A stretch of DNA of 64,000 bases, from the NCBI GenBank assembly GCA_963664815.2, contig CAXXHB010000003.1, positions 480,001 to 544,000 of the forward strand. Direction: 5' to 3'. The translations under genes and the position numbers were made by a program. Positions 6,668 through 16,461 of this stretch are shown here, piece by piece. The DNA comes from Spirochaetota bacterium (GTDB taxonomy: Bacteria > Spirochaetota > UBA4802 > UBA5550). The notes below the pieces were generated by a model. That model worked only from the letters and a program-made list of their open reading frames with translations, was not told the DNA's origin and made no database searches. How positions within the stretch are numbered: position 1 is the first letter of the stretch; the number at the start of each line of letters is the position of its first letter.

Positions 6668-9547
6668 ATGATCAGGCATCTTATGAAAAAAACAATACCC
6701 GGGATATCTGCCCTCTGTTTATTAATTCTCCTGTCCTGCTCAGCCGGGGGTTTGCCCGACAATAGGCAGCCGGCCGTAAATGGTACAATAAACTTCACTG
6801 CTGCTGATTCTGAAAAGAATCCGGTCAATCTTGACGGCCGGTGGGAGTTCTACTGGAACCGCCTTCTTGAGCCCCGTGATTTTTCCGGAAACCCGGAGCA
6901 GGATGGCAGGGTATATATTAATGTGCCGGGGTTGTGGAAGGGGCTCAGGGTTAATAACACTGATCTGCCTGGCGATGGTTACGCCACATACCGCCTTAAG
7001 ATAAATAACAGCAGAGGAAAATCCGTCACATCAAAGACCAGTTCTCTGGAAATATCCGGCATATGCTCCGCGTACAGGCTCTGGATAAATGGTGTCCTGC
7101 TGTCGCAAAGGGGCATTGTAGACATGTCCAGGGATGCCCGTGAACAGTTCATCTTTATATACCACACAAGGATAGTATCTTTCCAGCTCAGAGAGGGTAT
7201 TAACGAAATCGTTATACAGGTGCTTAACTATCATCTTGAGTCCGGCGGCATAGTTAACGCACCTCGCCTGGGGGACGGGGAAACCGAATTGCGGAAACAG
7301 CTGCATACCGGCATTGCAGATATGATTGTGATAAGCCTGCTGCTTTTTGTTTCCATTTACAATATACTGCTGTTTCTGTACAACAAAAAAGACCGTGCGG
7401 CGCTCTACATGGGACTCTTCAGCCTGGTATGGACAATAAACCTGTTCAACCTTCTTACACCTGTTATAAACGATTATTTTTCAAATAACAGGATACCCTA
7501 CCTGGTGGATGCGATCACCATAATGATCATCGCCCCCCTTTTAGTCATGTCAATACACGCCCTCTATCCGGAGGATGCTTTTCCTGAGATTTATAAGCCG
7601 TTTCTGCGGACAGCTCTGGCATATGCGGGAGTTTCCATCATACTTGTACTTGTTTCGGGGTTCAAAGCATCGGAGGGTATAATAGCGGTTTACTATTACT
7701 ATGGTATAGTGGCCATGATATTTTTCGCCTGGGTTTTAGTCAGGATACTGTATAACCGCAGGAACGATGCAATGCTTTTTTTTATCGGTTTTGTCTCTTT
7801 CTTCATTGTGTCGATAAACGACATACTCTGCACACTGCATGTCATCGATACAGTATTTGTTTTTCAGTACGGAATGCTGATATTCTGCTTTACCACCTCA
7901 CTGGTTGTTTCACGCAGATTTGCATTGGCGCTGAAGAAGGTGGAAAATCTTACCATGGTACTGGAAGAAAAGAACATGGCCCTTCTTGAAATGGACAGAC
8001 TCAAGAACGAGTTTCTGGCCAGCACCTCCCATGAGCTGAGGACTCCGCTTCACGGAATGATAGGCCTGTCCGAATCGATGATGCAGGGGACTGCCGGAGA
8101 CCTCCCCGCCATGGCAGTGGAGAATCTTTCACTCATAGCTTCAAGCGGGCACCGTCTCGCCGGTATGGTCAATGATCTGCTGGACATGGCAAGAATACAG
8201 GATGAAATGATGAGCCTTAACCTCAGGCCGGTGGACCTCTTTTCACTCACCGATATGGTCGTAAAGCTTTCACTTCCGCTGGTCGGCGGAAAACCGCTTG
8301 AAATAATAAACAGTATCGAACCGGGAATACCTGCGGTTATGGCAGATGAAGAGCGTATAAGGCAGGTGATGCACAACCTTGTGGGAAACGCCGTGAAGTT
8401 CACCGGCAGAGGAACAGTGACTGTTTCTGCATCGGTGGTTACTCAGGATGAACAGGATATTACACAGTGCAAAATGGTCGAGGTGCGCGTCACGGATACT
8501 GGTATAGGAATTCCACCGGAGTATCGCGAGGCCATATTTGAGCCGTATCGCCAGGTTGATGGCGGTGACACGCGCAGGTACTCAGGTACGGGTCTGGGGC
8601 TTGCCATAGCAAAAAGTATTATTGAACTGCACAAGGGCATAATCAGTGTAAATTCAGGGGAGGGGGGTTCTGTCTTTTCATTCACTCTGCCTGTGTCACC
8701 TGATCAGTCCGGGGCGGATGATCCGGCCGCATCTGAAAGCTTTGATGATACAGCTCTATTCAATGGTGACCTGGAGAGATCATTATCCGTTAAAGCTTCA
8801 GATGGCGAGGTGTTCGACGGAAGCCCGGTGCTCCTGGTCGTGGATGATGACCCGGTGAATGTGCGTATTCTGCAGAATTTTTTTGAATCAAAGAACTGCG
8901 CTGTAAAAACGGCCTTCGACGGAATAAGCGCTCTTGATATTCTGCAAAACGACAGTACAATCGACCTGGTGCTCCTTGATATCATGATGCCGGGTATCTC
9001 CGGTTACGAAGTGTGTAAAAGAGTGCGCCTGGAACATTCTGCAGATGTGCTGCCGGTAATAATGCTCACTGCTAAAAACATGATGTCCGACATAGACGCC
9101 GCGTTTCTGGCCGGCGCCAATGATTACATAGTAAAGCCTTTCAGGATTGCGGAGCTTATGGCCCGCGTAAAGACCATGCTCAAACTGAAGAATATCAGCC
9201 GTACGGAAGCAGAGAGCATCACGATACAGTCATGGAACAACGAATACACTATCAGGTTCGCTGATATTGTCTACATCACCTCACACTCCAGGAACATCAC
9301 TGTACATGCAGTTAAACGCGACTTTGAACTAGCTGTTTTAATGAAGGACATTATTCACCGTCTCCCCCCGGATAATTTCATACGCATACATAAGAGCTAT
9401 GTGGTGAATATAAACTATATTTACAATCTCCAGCATGTGATTTCCGGGAGGTACAAGGCAAGGCTTAAGGATGAGGACGAAACGGATCTGCCGGTTGGGC
9501 CTTCATTCCTTGAAGAGCTGAGGATGAAAATTCACGATAAGAAATAA
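6668..9547 (+). CDS. Single-chain hybrid sensor/regulator: extracytoplasmic beta-sandwich + 7TM (7TMR-DISM-like) + HisKA + HATPase + receiver + LytTR
   Basis: LDGRWEFYWNRLL...INVPGLW, about 7 hydrophobic helices, FLASTSHELRTPL, NLVGNAVKFT, DTGIGI, GTGLGLAI, VVDDD...LLDIMMP...KPF. LytTR: DIVYITS...FIRIHKSYVVNINYI. Confidence 0.9.
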   Translation: MIRHLMKKTIPGISALCLLILLSCSAGGLPDNRQPAVNGTINFTAADSEKNPVNLDGRWEFYWNRLLEPRDFSGNPEQDGRVYINVPGLWKGLRVNNTDLPGDGYATYRLKINNSRGKSVTSKTSSLEISGICSAYRLWINGVLLSQRGIVDMSRDAREQFIFIYHTRIVSFQLREGINEIVIQVLNYHLESGGIVNAPRLGDGETELRKQLHTGIADMIVISLLLFVSIYNILLFLYNKKDRAALYMGLFSLVWTINLFNLLTPVINDYFSNNRIPYLVDAITIMIIAPLLVMSIHALYPEDAFPEIYKPFLRTALAYAGVSIILVLVSGFKASEGIIAVYYYYGIVAMIFFAWVLVRILYNRRNDAMLFFIGFVSFFIVSINDILCTLHVIDTVFVFQYGMLIFCFTTSLVVSRRFALALKKVENLTMVLEEKNMALLEMDRLKNEFLASTSHELRTPLHGMIGLSESMMQGTAGDLPAMAVENLSLIASSGHRLAGMVNDLLDMARIQDEMMSLNLRPVDLFSLTDMVVKLSLPLVGGKPLEIINSIEPGIPAVMADEERIRQVMHNLVGNAVKFTGRGTVTVSASVVTQDEQDITQCKMVEVRVTDTGIGIPPEYREAIFEPYRQVDGGDTRRYSGTGLGLAIAKSIIELHKGIISVNSGEGGSVFSFTLPVSPDQSGADDPAASESFDDTALFNGDLERSLSVKASDGEVFDGSPVLLVVDDDPVNVRILQNFFESKNCAVKTAFDGISALDILQNDSTIDLVLLDIMMPGISGYEVCKRVRLEHSADVLPVIMLTAKNMMSDIDAAFLAGANDYIVKPFRIAELMARVKTMLKLKNISRTEAESITIQSWNNEYTIRFADIVYITSHSRNITVHAVKRDFELAVLMKDIIHRLPPDNFIRIHKSYVVNINYIYNLQHVISGRYKARLKDEDETDLPVGPSFLEELRMKIHDKK

Positions 9548-9618
9548 AAAAAACCTTGTTTTGTTGCAAGAATATTTATATTATAAAACCAGAGCTGCAG
9601 TTAAAGTGAGGATTAAAT

Positions 9619-9975
9619 ATGAAAATTTTCTTTTCTCTTTTAATGTCATTTATTGTTACCCTGTCCCTTGGGGGATGTAAAAAAAATACGGTTGTTCAGG
9701 AAAAAGCGCCTGTGCTGACAGTGGAGGATTTTAAGTATGTCCGGAATAGTATAGGGCCTTTCAGTTCATTTGATGCAGGAATAAAAAAGGCTGTTCAGAA
9801 GCTCGGAAAACCTCATAAAAAAGAGGGGAGAAGATCATACTGGTACGTGAAGGATGATAAGGCATGTACCGAGTTTTTCATTGAGGAGATGGGGGGAAAT
9901 ATGATAGGAGGGACCGGTATTACACCGATGGAGCCGGGTACCTATATGTTCAGCAATTGTCCGGTAAAATATTAA
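9619..9975 (+). CDS. Hypothetical lipoprotein
   Basis: Signal peptide with lipobox LGGC; GAGG RBS. Confidence 0.65.
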   Translation: MKIFFSLLMSFIVTLSLGGCKKNTVVQEKAPVLTVEDFKYVRNSIGPFSSFDAGIKKAVQKLGKPHKKEGRRSYWYVKDDKACTEFFIEEMGGNMIGGTGITPMEPGTYMFSNCPVKY

Positions 9976-10021
9976 GAATGATACAGTATGGAATATTTAA
10001 AAAATATAGAATTTAATACAT

Positions 10022-10054
10022 AAAAAAGGCTGCCTTCAAGGGCAGCCTTTTTTT
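10022..10054. terminator. Bidirectional intrinsic terminator
   Basis: AAAAAAGGCTGCC-TTCAAG-GGCAGCCTTTTTTT between convergent genes. Confidence 0.8.
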
Positions 10055-10124
10055 ACATAAAAGAAGTTTCAATAACATGATTTTTACGGGGTTAAAGGGA
10101 ACAGCCCCGTAAAAATCGGAAATT

Positions 10125-11993
10125 CTATTCTTCGAGTGATCCTGTAAATGTGTTGTCAGATGCCTTGGTTGTTGCCCCTTCATTAAACTTGATAGCTTCA
10201 ACTCTTCCGAATACTTTCGGGAATTCATTTCCAAGGTAGAACTGTGCAGAGAGAACTCTTCCTGAATAATATGCTGCTTCGCTGTTTTCTGAGAGGAGTT
10301 TTTCCCTGTCAGCGCCTTTAAGATCTCCAACAAGAGCTTTCATCTTGGGAACAGATACTGTTAAACTCCAGAGATGACACCATGCAATAGCCACCATGTA
10401 CATAACATCAAGGAAAGGTGTGGCATGTGCAAAAATAGAAAGGAACTGGCCTTTGCCGAGCATCCCTTTGAAAATCTCGAGAAGTTCATCAACCTCTTTG
10501 ATCCCTCTTGAGAGAAGGTCAATATATTTGTCTTCAACGATACCTTTGGCTTTTGCTATAACACCTTCCATTCTTGATTTAAGAACAGAATAGTTGTACT
10601 GATTTTTGTTCATGAGAATTTTTCTCATTATAAGGTCCATTGCCTGGATTCCGTTTGTTCCTTCATAGAGGCAGAGGATCTTGGAGTCTGCCATGTGTCT
10701 TGCAACAGGGTAGTCTCTGCAGTATCCGTATCCGCCATATACCTGCATTGCCATTGATGTGATTTCAACGCCCTTATCTGTACATCCTGCTTTACAGATA
10801 GGAACAAGAAGTTCAAGCATTGCGCTGGCTTCTTTGCTGATTGTGGGATCGCTGCTCTTCATGATGTCATTCTGCATGTAAAGGAAGTCGATGAGAATTC
10901 TCTGTCCCTCGATGTGTGATTTCATCCAGAGGAGCATTCTTTTAACGTCGGGATGTTTGCTGATGGAAACAAGAGGAGCATCAGGATTCATCATCTGGAT
11001 TACATCAACGCCCTGGAGCCTGTTTTTCGCGTATGTTACAGCATGCATATATGCTGCAGATGCGTTTCCATGAGCCTGCATTGAAACACCGCAGCGCTCT
11101 TCGTTCATCATCTGGAACATGATTTTCATACCCTGGCGCTCTTCGCCGAGAAGGTATCCGATACAGTCGTTGTTGTCGCCGAAAGCGAGCTGTGAAGTAG
11201 CCTGGCCGTGGAGACCCATCTTGTGCTCAACGCCGGTACATGTTACATCGTTAAATTTTCCCATTGAACCGTCAGGATTAACGCGGTATTTGGGGACTAT
11301 AAAGATTGATATACCCTTTGTTCCCTTGGGATCCCCTTCAATTCTTGCAAGTACAGGGTGAACCATGTTTTTGTAGTGGTCATTTTCACCTGAGGAGATG
11401 AATATTTTCTGGCCGGTAATTTTATATGTTCCATCGGGCTGTTTTACAGCTTTGGTTTTAAGGTTACCTACATCTGATCCTGCATCCGGTTCTGTAAGGC
11501 ACATTGTTCCGCCCCATTCCCCTGTCATGATCTTGTCGCCATAGAGTTTACTCTGCTCCGGAGTTCCGAATGTAAAGTAGAGTTCCATTGCTCCGTGAGA
11601 AAGTCCGGGATACATTCCGAAAGGCATGTTTGCCGCACATACATATTCCATAACGGCCGAGTTAACCGCAAAGGGCATACCCATTCCGCCATGTTTAGGG
11701 GTAACAGCAACTCCCATAAAACCTGCTTCGTAGAATGCGTCAAGCGCCCCGTGAAAGCATTTGGGTATTGTTACCGCTTTGGTAACCGGGTCCCATTTAA
11801 CTCCCTCATTATCACCCTCTTCGGCAGTGGGATAGATAACGTTGACGGAAATCTGTTCCGCGAGATCAATTACCGCTTCAAAGGTATCATGATCAAAATC
11901 ACCAAATTCCGGGTACTTTACGAGTTTGTCAATTTCGAACATTTCAAATAAAACAAACTTGACATCTCTTGTGTCGACCAACGTATTAAGCAT
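10125..11993 (-). CDS. Acyl-CoA dehydrogenase (long, ~600-aa subfamily)
   Basis: GTMCLTEPDAGSDVG, GQKIFISSGE, EHKMGLHG, QVYGGYGY, LYEGTNGIQAMDL. Confidence 0.92.
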   Translation of the reverse strand: MLNTLVDTRDVKFVLFEMFEIDKLVKYPEFGDFDHDTFEAVIDLAEQISVNVIYPTAEEGDNEGVKWDPVTKAVTIPKCFHGALDAFYEAGFMGVAVTPKHGGMGMPFAVNSAVMEYVCAANMPFGMYPGLSHGAMELYFTFGTPEQSKLYGDKIMTGEWGGTMCLTEPDAGSDVGNLKTKAVKQPDGTYKITGQKIFISSGENDHYKNMVHPVLARIEGDPKGTKGISIFIVPKYRVNPDGSMGKFNDVTCTGVEHKMGLHGQATSQLAFGDNNDCIGYLLGEERQGMKIMFQMMNEERCGVSMQAHGNASAAYMHAVTYAKNRLQGVDVIQMMNPDAPLVSISKHPDVKRMLLWMKSHIEGQRILIDFLYMQNDIMKSSDPTISKEASAMLELLVPICKAGCTDKGVEITSMAMQVYGGYGYCRDYPVARHMADSKILCLYEGTNGIQAMDLIMRKILMNKNQYNYSVLKSRMEGVIAKAKGIVEDKYIDLLSRGIKEVDELLEIFKGMLGKGQFLSIFAHATPFLDVMYMVAIAWCHLWSLTVSVPKMKALVGDLKGADREKLLSENSEAAYYSGRVLSAQFYLGNEFPKVFGRVEAIKFNEGATTKASDNTFTGSLEE

Positions 11994-12388
11994 ATAAGCC
12001 TCCCATATTTTTATATTTATAGAAAAGTTTAACGGGGCTGACTAAAAAAGTGAAAGTCCCCTGCATTGATGGGGGCTGACTTGTCAGACAATCCCGGATA
12101 GACGAAAAGCAAATATATTGTTACTTTCACCTGCCATAAAGTTAATTTGTATGTAATTTTTGTAAACTGATTTTTATTGAGTCTATAATTTGTTGTTTAT
12201 ATATACTGCGCATGCGTATGCGGAATGAATATAAGATAAATACATTTAAAGCGTATTGACAGACTGAAAATATGTCAAATAAGCGAAGTCATGTAACTGA
12301 TTTATCTGATTATATCTGTATGTGATATGTAAAACTGTAGAAAAATCATAACTGAAGAAAAGTTCAGTGCAGTATAAAAAGAAAAATT

Positions 12389-12490
12389 ACCCCTCCCGTC
12401 GAGGGAGGGGTCAGGAGAGTGTGATTGAAAATTCAGATTAAATCAATACTTCTCTCAACCTCTCCTGAATTGATACCCCGAAAGGGGTTA
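12389..12490. repeat. REP-like GC palindrome / structured intergenic element
   Basis: ACCCCTCCC-GTCGA-GGGAGGGGT followed by CAGGAGAG...CTCTCCTG and ACCCC-GAAA-GGGGT stems. Confidence 0.5.
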
Positions 12491-12497
12491 GTCTTTA

Positions 12498-14663
12498 TTA
12501 AATCATTTTAGAACTTCTCAGAGCGGATAGAAGCACTTTGCGCATAATTTTTTCTTTACGGTTTGAGGGCTTATCAAGCTGCATCCTCCTGAGGAAGGGT
12601 TCTGCCTTTGCAGGAACCGGTTTAAACATCTCGGCCAGAAGTCCTTTAAGGACATCTGATTTTTTCCTGCTGGTAAGTCCCTTCAGCGCTGCCCCGAGAA
12701 CCATCTCCTCCATGGTGAAATCTGTCCCGAAGGGGAATGCAGGGAAATAACCCCTGGCCTGGTAAGGCTTCAGCATTGCTTCCAGCTTCTGGGGGGTATT
12801 GTGCCTGTATTCATCGGCAAGTTTGAAATCGGGTGCCAGCTTCCCGTTAAGCTTGGCTTTCTGTATAAGTTCATCCTGGAAGCGGGAATCTGTTATTTTC
12901 AGAATCTCTTCAATGACCTTTGAATCCTGGAGTCCTCTTACGCTGGCTATACCGTATTCGGTAACTATAATATCCCTCAGGTGCCTTGGAATTGTAGTAT
13001 GGCCGTAGTTGTAGACTATATTGGATTTTGTGTTTTCCCCGGAACCCCTTGTGCTCTTGATCATCATAATAAGCCTTCCGTCGGGGATTGCATGTGCCAT
13101 TGAAACAAAATTATACTGTCCGCCGACTCCGCTTATAAGACGGCCGTCTTCAAGCTGATCGGATGTAATGGCTCCAAGCAGATGCGCCATCATCCCTGCG
13201 TTTACGAAACGCCCCTCTTTTCTCTGGAGTACGCGGAGTTCCTCATCCCCGTAAAGCTGGTTTACCTTTTCAACGCCCGACATTCCAAATTGGGTTCTCT
13301 CCTCCTCGCTCATTGCGTTCAGGGCGTCGTAGAAGGAGTGAGGCCCCAGGAAGAATGCCCCGAGCAGTACCTTGCCGTTTTTAAGCCGGTCGCCGAGGAA
13401 TATTTTAATCTCTTCCAGGTTCTTCTTCTCGTAGAAGTCTGCCGAAACTTTTATGTTCCCGTCACTGATAAAACCATCTTTGAATGTGAGCCCTTTTTTC
13501 AGTATGCCGAACGTTGTCAGCATTTTAAAATCCTTCTCTCTCAGCCTCGGGTAAATACCCTCAACCTCTATAAGGAGTTCCAGGATGTTTGAAGGGATGC
13601 TGTCGCCCGTGAGCTTTCCGGATTTGAAAAGCCTCATGATGCCGAGGTTGTCGTAGACCTTGCGTTTAATAACACCCTCTTTGTACAGCTGAAGCAAGCC
13701 GTTGACGATCATCTCCGAGGAACCGTATAACCCTTCTTCGAATGTACCGGTACCGCCGATTTTATCTATAACGCTCTTGTGCCGGTCGAGGATACCATTC
13801 TCCTTCAGCAGCCTGTTGTAATCTTCATTGTGTTTGTGGCGCATTATAAGGCTTGAGGCAATTGCGTCTCCCAGTGATCCTATCCCTATCTGGAGTGTGC
13901 CGCCGTCCTTGACAAGTGTGCTTACGTAAAGCCCTATGGCGTGGTTGGCAATTCCTATTGAATCGTTGGGGGTGCCGAAAAGGTTTGTCTTGAATTCGGG
14001 CCCCTCGAAAATAATATCATATGTATCAGCTTCAATAACCGCGTCGCCATACATAAACGGCACTGTGGGGTTAACCTCTCCCAGTATTACAACCTTGCCC
14101 CCCCTGTCCCGTATCTTGTTAAGCTCCTCGAAAGCCTGAAACGCAATATCCGTGGCACACCCCATTGAGTAGGCCTTCTGCCCGTCACGGTCGGCCGTCG
14201 TAAGAATCTGCCCGAAAACGTTGCACCCGAAATCGATGGCATCTCTCACTATATGAGCGTAGTTAGAGTAAAGGTGGTTCCTCTGGGCTTCGGGGATGCG
14301 CAGGGCGCTGCCGGCCTTGTAGAAGAATTCATAAATTGAAACGTTTTTCGGGAGCTTGCCGCTGTGGAAATCGGCAATGTAGTCATAGACAGGTACTCCG
14401 TCAAAAATCCTGTCAAGCAGGGGCTCTGCAAATCTTTTTTCCATATCGCTTTTTGTTTTTGGTCGTTCAAGCGAGAGGCTTGTAACTATCTTCAGTTTAA
14501 TCGAGGGATCTTCCTTTGCCCTCCTGTAAAGCTCGTTGATAAACCTTGTCGGGTTACCAATTCCCAGGGGCATGGCGAAAGTGATATCCTTCTCCATGTA
14601 GTTGATGATATCATCAACCCCCTTCCTTACATCACTGTAGACTTCACCTTTCTTTCCGTTCAT
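12498..14663 (-). CDS. Acetyl-CoA hydrolase/CoA-transferase family protein
   Basis: DGGTLQIGIGSLGDA, SGVGGQYNFV, TTIPRHLRDIIVTEYGIA. Confidence 0.85.
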   Translation of the reverse strand: MNGKKGEVYSDVRKGVDDIINYMEKDITFAMPLGIGNPTRFINELYRRAKEDPSIKLKIVTSLSLERPKTKSDMEKRFAEPLLDRIFDGVPVYDYIADFHSGKLPKNVSIYEFFYKAGSALRIPEAQRNHLYSNYAHIVRDAIDFGCNVFGQILTTADRDGQKAYSMGCATDIAFQAFEELNKIRDRGGKVVILGEVNPTVPFMYGDAVIEADTYDIIFEGPEFKTNLFGTPNDSIGIANHAIGLYVSTLVKDGGTLQIGIGSLGDAIASSLIMRHKHNEDYNRLLKENGILDRHKSVIDKIGGTGTFEEGLYGSSEMIVNGLLQLYKEGVIKRKVYDNLGIMRLFKSGKLTGDSIPSNILELLIEVEGIYPRLREKDFKMLTTFGILKKGLTFKDGFISDGNIKVSADFYEKKNLEEIKIFLGDRLKNGKVLLGAFFLGPHSFYDALNAMSEEERTQFGMSGVEKVNQLYGDEELRVLQRKEGRFVNAGMMAHLLGAITSDQLEDGRLISGVGGQYNFVSMAHAIPDGRLIMMIKSTRGSGENTKSNIVYNYGHTTIPRHLRDIIVTEYGIASVRGLQDSKVIEEILKITDSRFQDELIQKAKLNGKLAPDFKLADEYRHNTPQKLEAMLKPYQARGYFPAFPFGTDFTMEEMVLGAALKGLTSRKKSDVLKGLLAEMFKPVPAKAEPFLRRMQLDKPSNRKEKIMRKVLLSALRSSKMI

Positions 14664-14907
14664 CTTTTACCTCATAATGATTTTAAGTATATTTGATTAT
14701 ATAAAATGGATAAGCTTCTATCCATAAATTGGATTCAGGTTAAAGCAACAGCTTCGCTGTAAAGAAATTTCCCCCCGCTTTTCAGGGGAGGAAACAGTTG
14801 ATGATTCAAACAGTTATTCCTGTATAGATTACCGGCCTTTTCAATCATGGATCCGGTGAAAACTGCCCTGTTAATATAGCCCCGCAGCGTGGCGGGTAAT
14901 ACTGATA

Positions 14908-15408
14908 CTACTTTTCAGCTTCAGGATTCATGCCGAGAAGCTTTGCAAAGACAAGGACTCCCCCTGTAAAGAAAACTCCGCCCGCCGCAAGGACAATAAG
15001 CCACTGGACGGTTGGCTGCTCCTTGCCGAATATAAGCGCGATGGTGAAATAAACAAAGGCATAGTTGTTGAATAAAAGATGAGCAACATCTCCCAGCGCA
15101 ATTATAAGGAAAACACAGATGAAAACTACAAGAAGCGTTCCGCCGGTGGCGCCAAGTGACGGGGCAATCAGTTCAACAGCATGAGGAACCGATGCCGCAA
15201 GCAGAAGCCCGACAGCGGCTCCGATAAAGATGTTGGCAAGGTTTTTAACATCCCCCTTCTGCTCAAAGAAAAAAAGCAGTGTAAGAAAAGCCGGCCATCC
15301 CTGGGTAATTTTAAATGCACCGAGACCTACAAGCGTAACGCATAGCCATGCAGCGACAATAACTCCGGCAATGATTGTTTCCTTTTTGAATCCTTTCTTT
15401 TCCGCCAT
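14908..15408 (-). CDS. Small multi-pass membrane protein (DUF1097-like)
   Basis: 5-6 hydrophobic helices, GWPAFL motif, AAGGAG RBS. Confidence 0.6.
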   Translation of the reverse strand: MAEKKGFKKETIIAGVIVAAWLCVTLVGLGAFKITQGWPAFLTLLFFFEQKGDVKNLANIFIGAAVGLLLAASVPHAVELIAPSLGATGGTLLVVFICVFLIIALGDVAHLLFNNYAFVYFTIALIFGKEQPTVQWLIVLAAGGVFFTGGVLVFAKLLGMNPEAEK

Positions 15409-15424
15409 AAACAGTTCTCCTTAA

Positions 15425-15468
15425 ATGTAGTGTTGGTTAAATGAATGTTCATTTAATTAACACTACAT
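15425..15468. promoter_or_regulatory. 44-bp near-perfect inverted repeat upstream of the membrane-protein gene (operator or UTR hairpin)
   Basis: ATGTAGTGTT-GG-TTAAATGAA-TG-TTCATTTAA-TT-AACACTACAT. Confidence 0.55.
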
Positions 15469-15858
15469 GCAGACATAATGATGCTTTTGTCAATATTAAA
15501 ACCGTCTGTACGGTCTTAATATTTAAGCAAAAAAGTAACCTCTCTGAATAAGGAGTGTTATCCAGGGTATAATTTCGATAATAGTGATAAATTCAAATTC
15601 CTGTTACAGGGTTTTAAGTAAAAAACCTGTAAAACAATCATTTCTGTAAAGACGGAAGACGTTAATACATGAGCAAATTTCTGCTTCGTAAAAGGTATAT
15701 ATATTTGTTGAGAATCACGGCCTGCGGAACTTCTGCCTGACGGTAATATTCCGCATATCATGAAGGTTAAAGGCCACTGCTGCCCGGAAAACTGATTCTG
15801 CGGCAGCAATAAAACCATTATGCACACGGCGGGAGTGTTGTCATTAACCCGGGTTAAT

Positions 15859-16461
15859 TTATATTAATTTAATTCTTTTTCTGAGCCTTGAAAGGGCTAC
15901 ATCGGTTATACGCAGATATGATGCGATGTGGTATTGCGGCAGCCTGCGGACAATCTCCGGGTGTTTTTTTATGAACCTTAAATACTGTACTTCGGGAGAA
16001 TCAAGGACACCACTCTCTCTTGCTTCAATCTGGATAAGAGAGTTTTCCGCTATTAAACGGCCGAGCCTCTCCCAGCACTTGTGTCTTTCATACAGCTCGT
16101 CAATTTTTGATCTCCATAAAAGGCCGGCAACAGTATCTTCAAGGGCCTGGATATAAAACCTGCTGGGTAAAGATTTGATCATGGAGCCTATGGAACCGAC
16201 CAGGTTATTTTCAATGGCAAATCCCCTGTTGAACTCCTTGCCCGTGTCGGTTAAATAGTAGATGCGTACCAGCCCTTTGACAATAATAAATGAATGGTCT
16301 GCAACGGTATCAGCAGTAAGAAGGTATTCGTTCTTTTTAAAACGCTGAATGGTGATACAGTTTATGGCATAGTTCCACTCCTCATCGGGGATATGAGTAT
16401 ATGTTTCAAAAACATCTCTTATTTGCAGAAGTGCATCATCCATAGTCGGTTTCCGTTTCAC
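15859..16461 (-). CDS. Crp/Fnr-family cNMP-binding transcriptional regulator
   Basis: IVKGLVRIYY...GKE, PSRFYIQALED, PQYHIASYLRITDVALSRLRK HTH. Confidence 0.85.
   Translation of the reverse strand: MKRKPTMDDALLQIRDVFETYTHIPDEEWNYAINCITIQRFKKNEYLLTADTVADHSFIIVKGLVRIYYLTDTGKEFNRGFAIENNLVGSIGSMIKSLPSRFYIQALEDTVAGLLWRSKIDELYERHKCWERLGRLIAENSLIQIEARESGVLDSPEVQYLRFIKKHPEIVRRLPQYHIASYLRITDVALSRLRKRIKLI

Noticed and set aside
15558-15827. 89-aa minus-strand ORF between the Crp gene and the membrane-protein gene
   Set aside because: No RBS or family motif; probably spurious.
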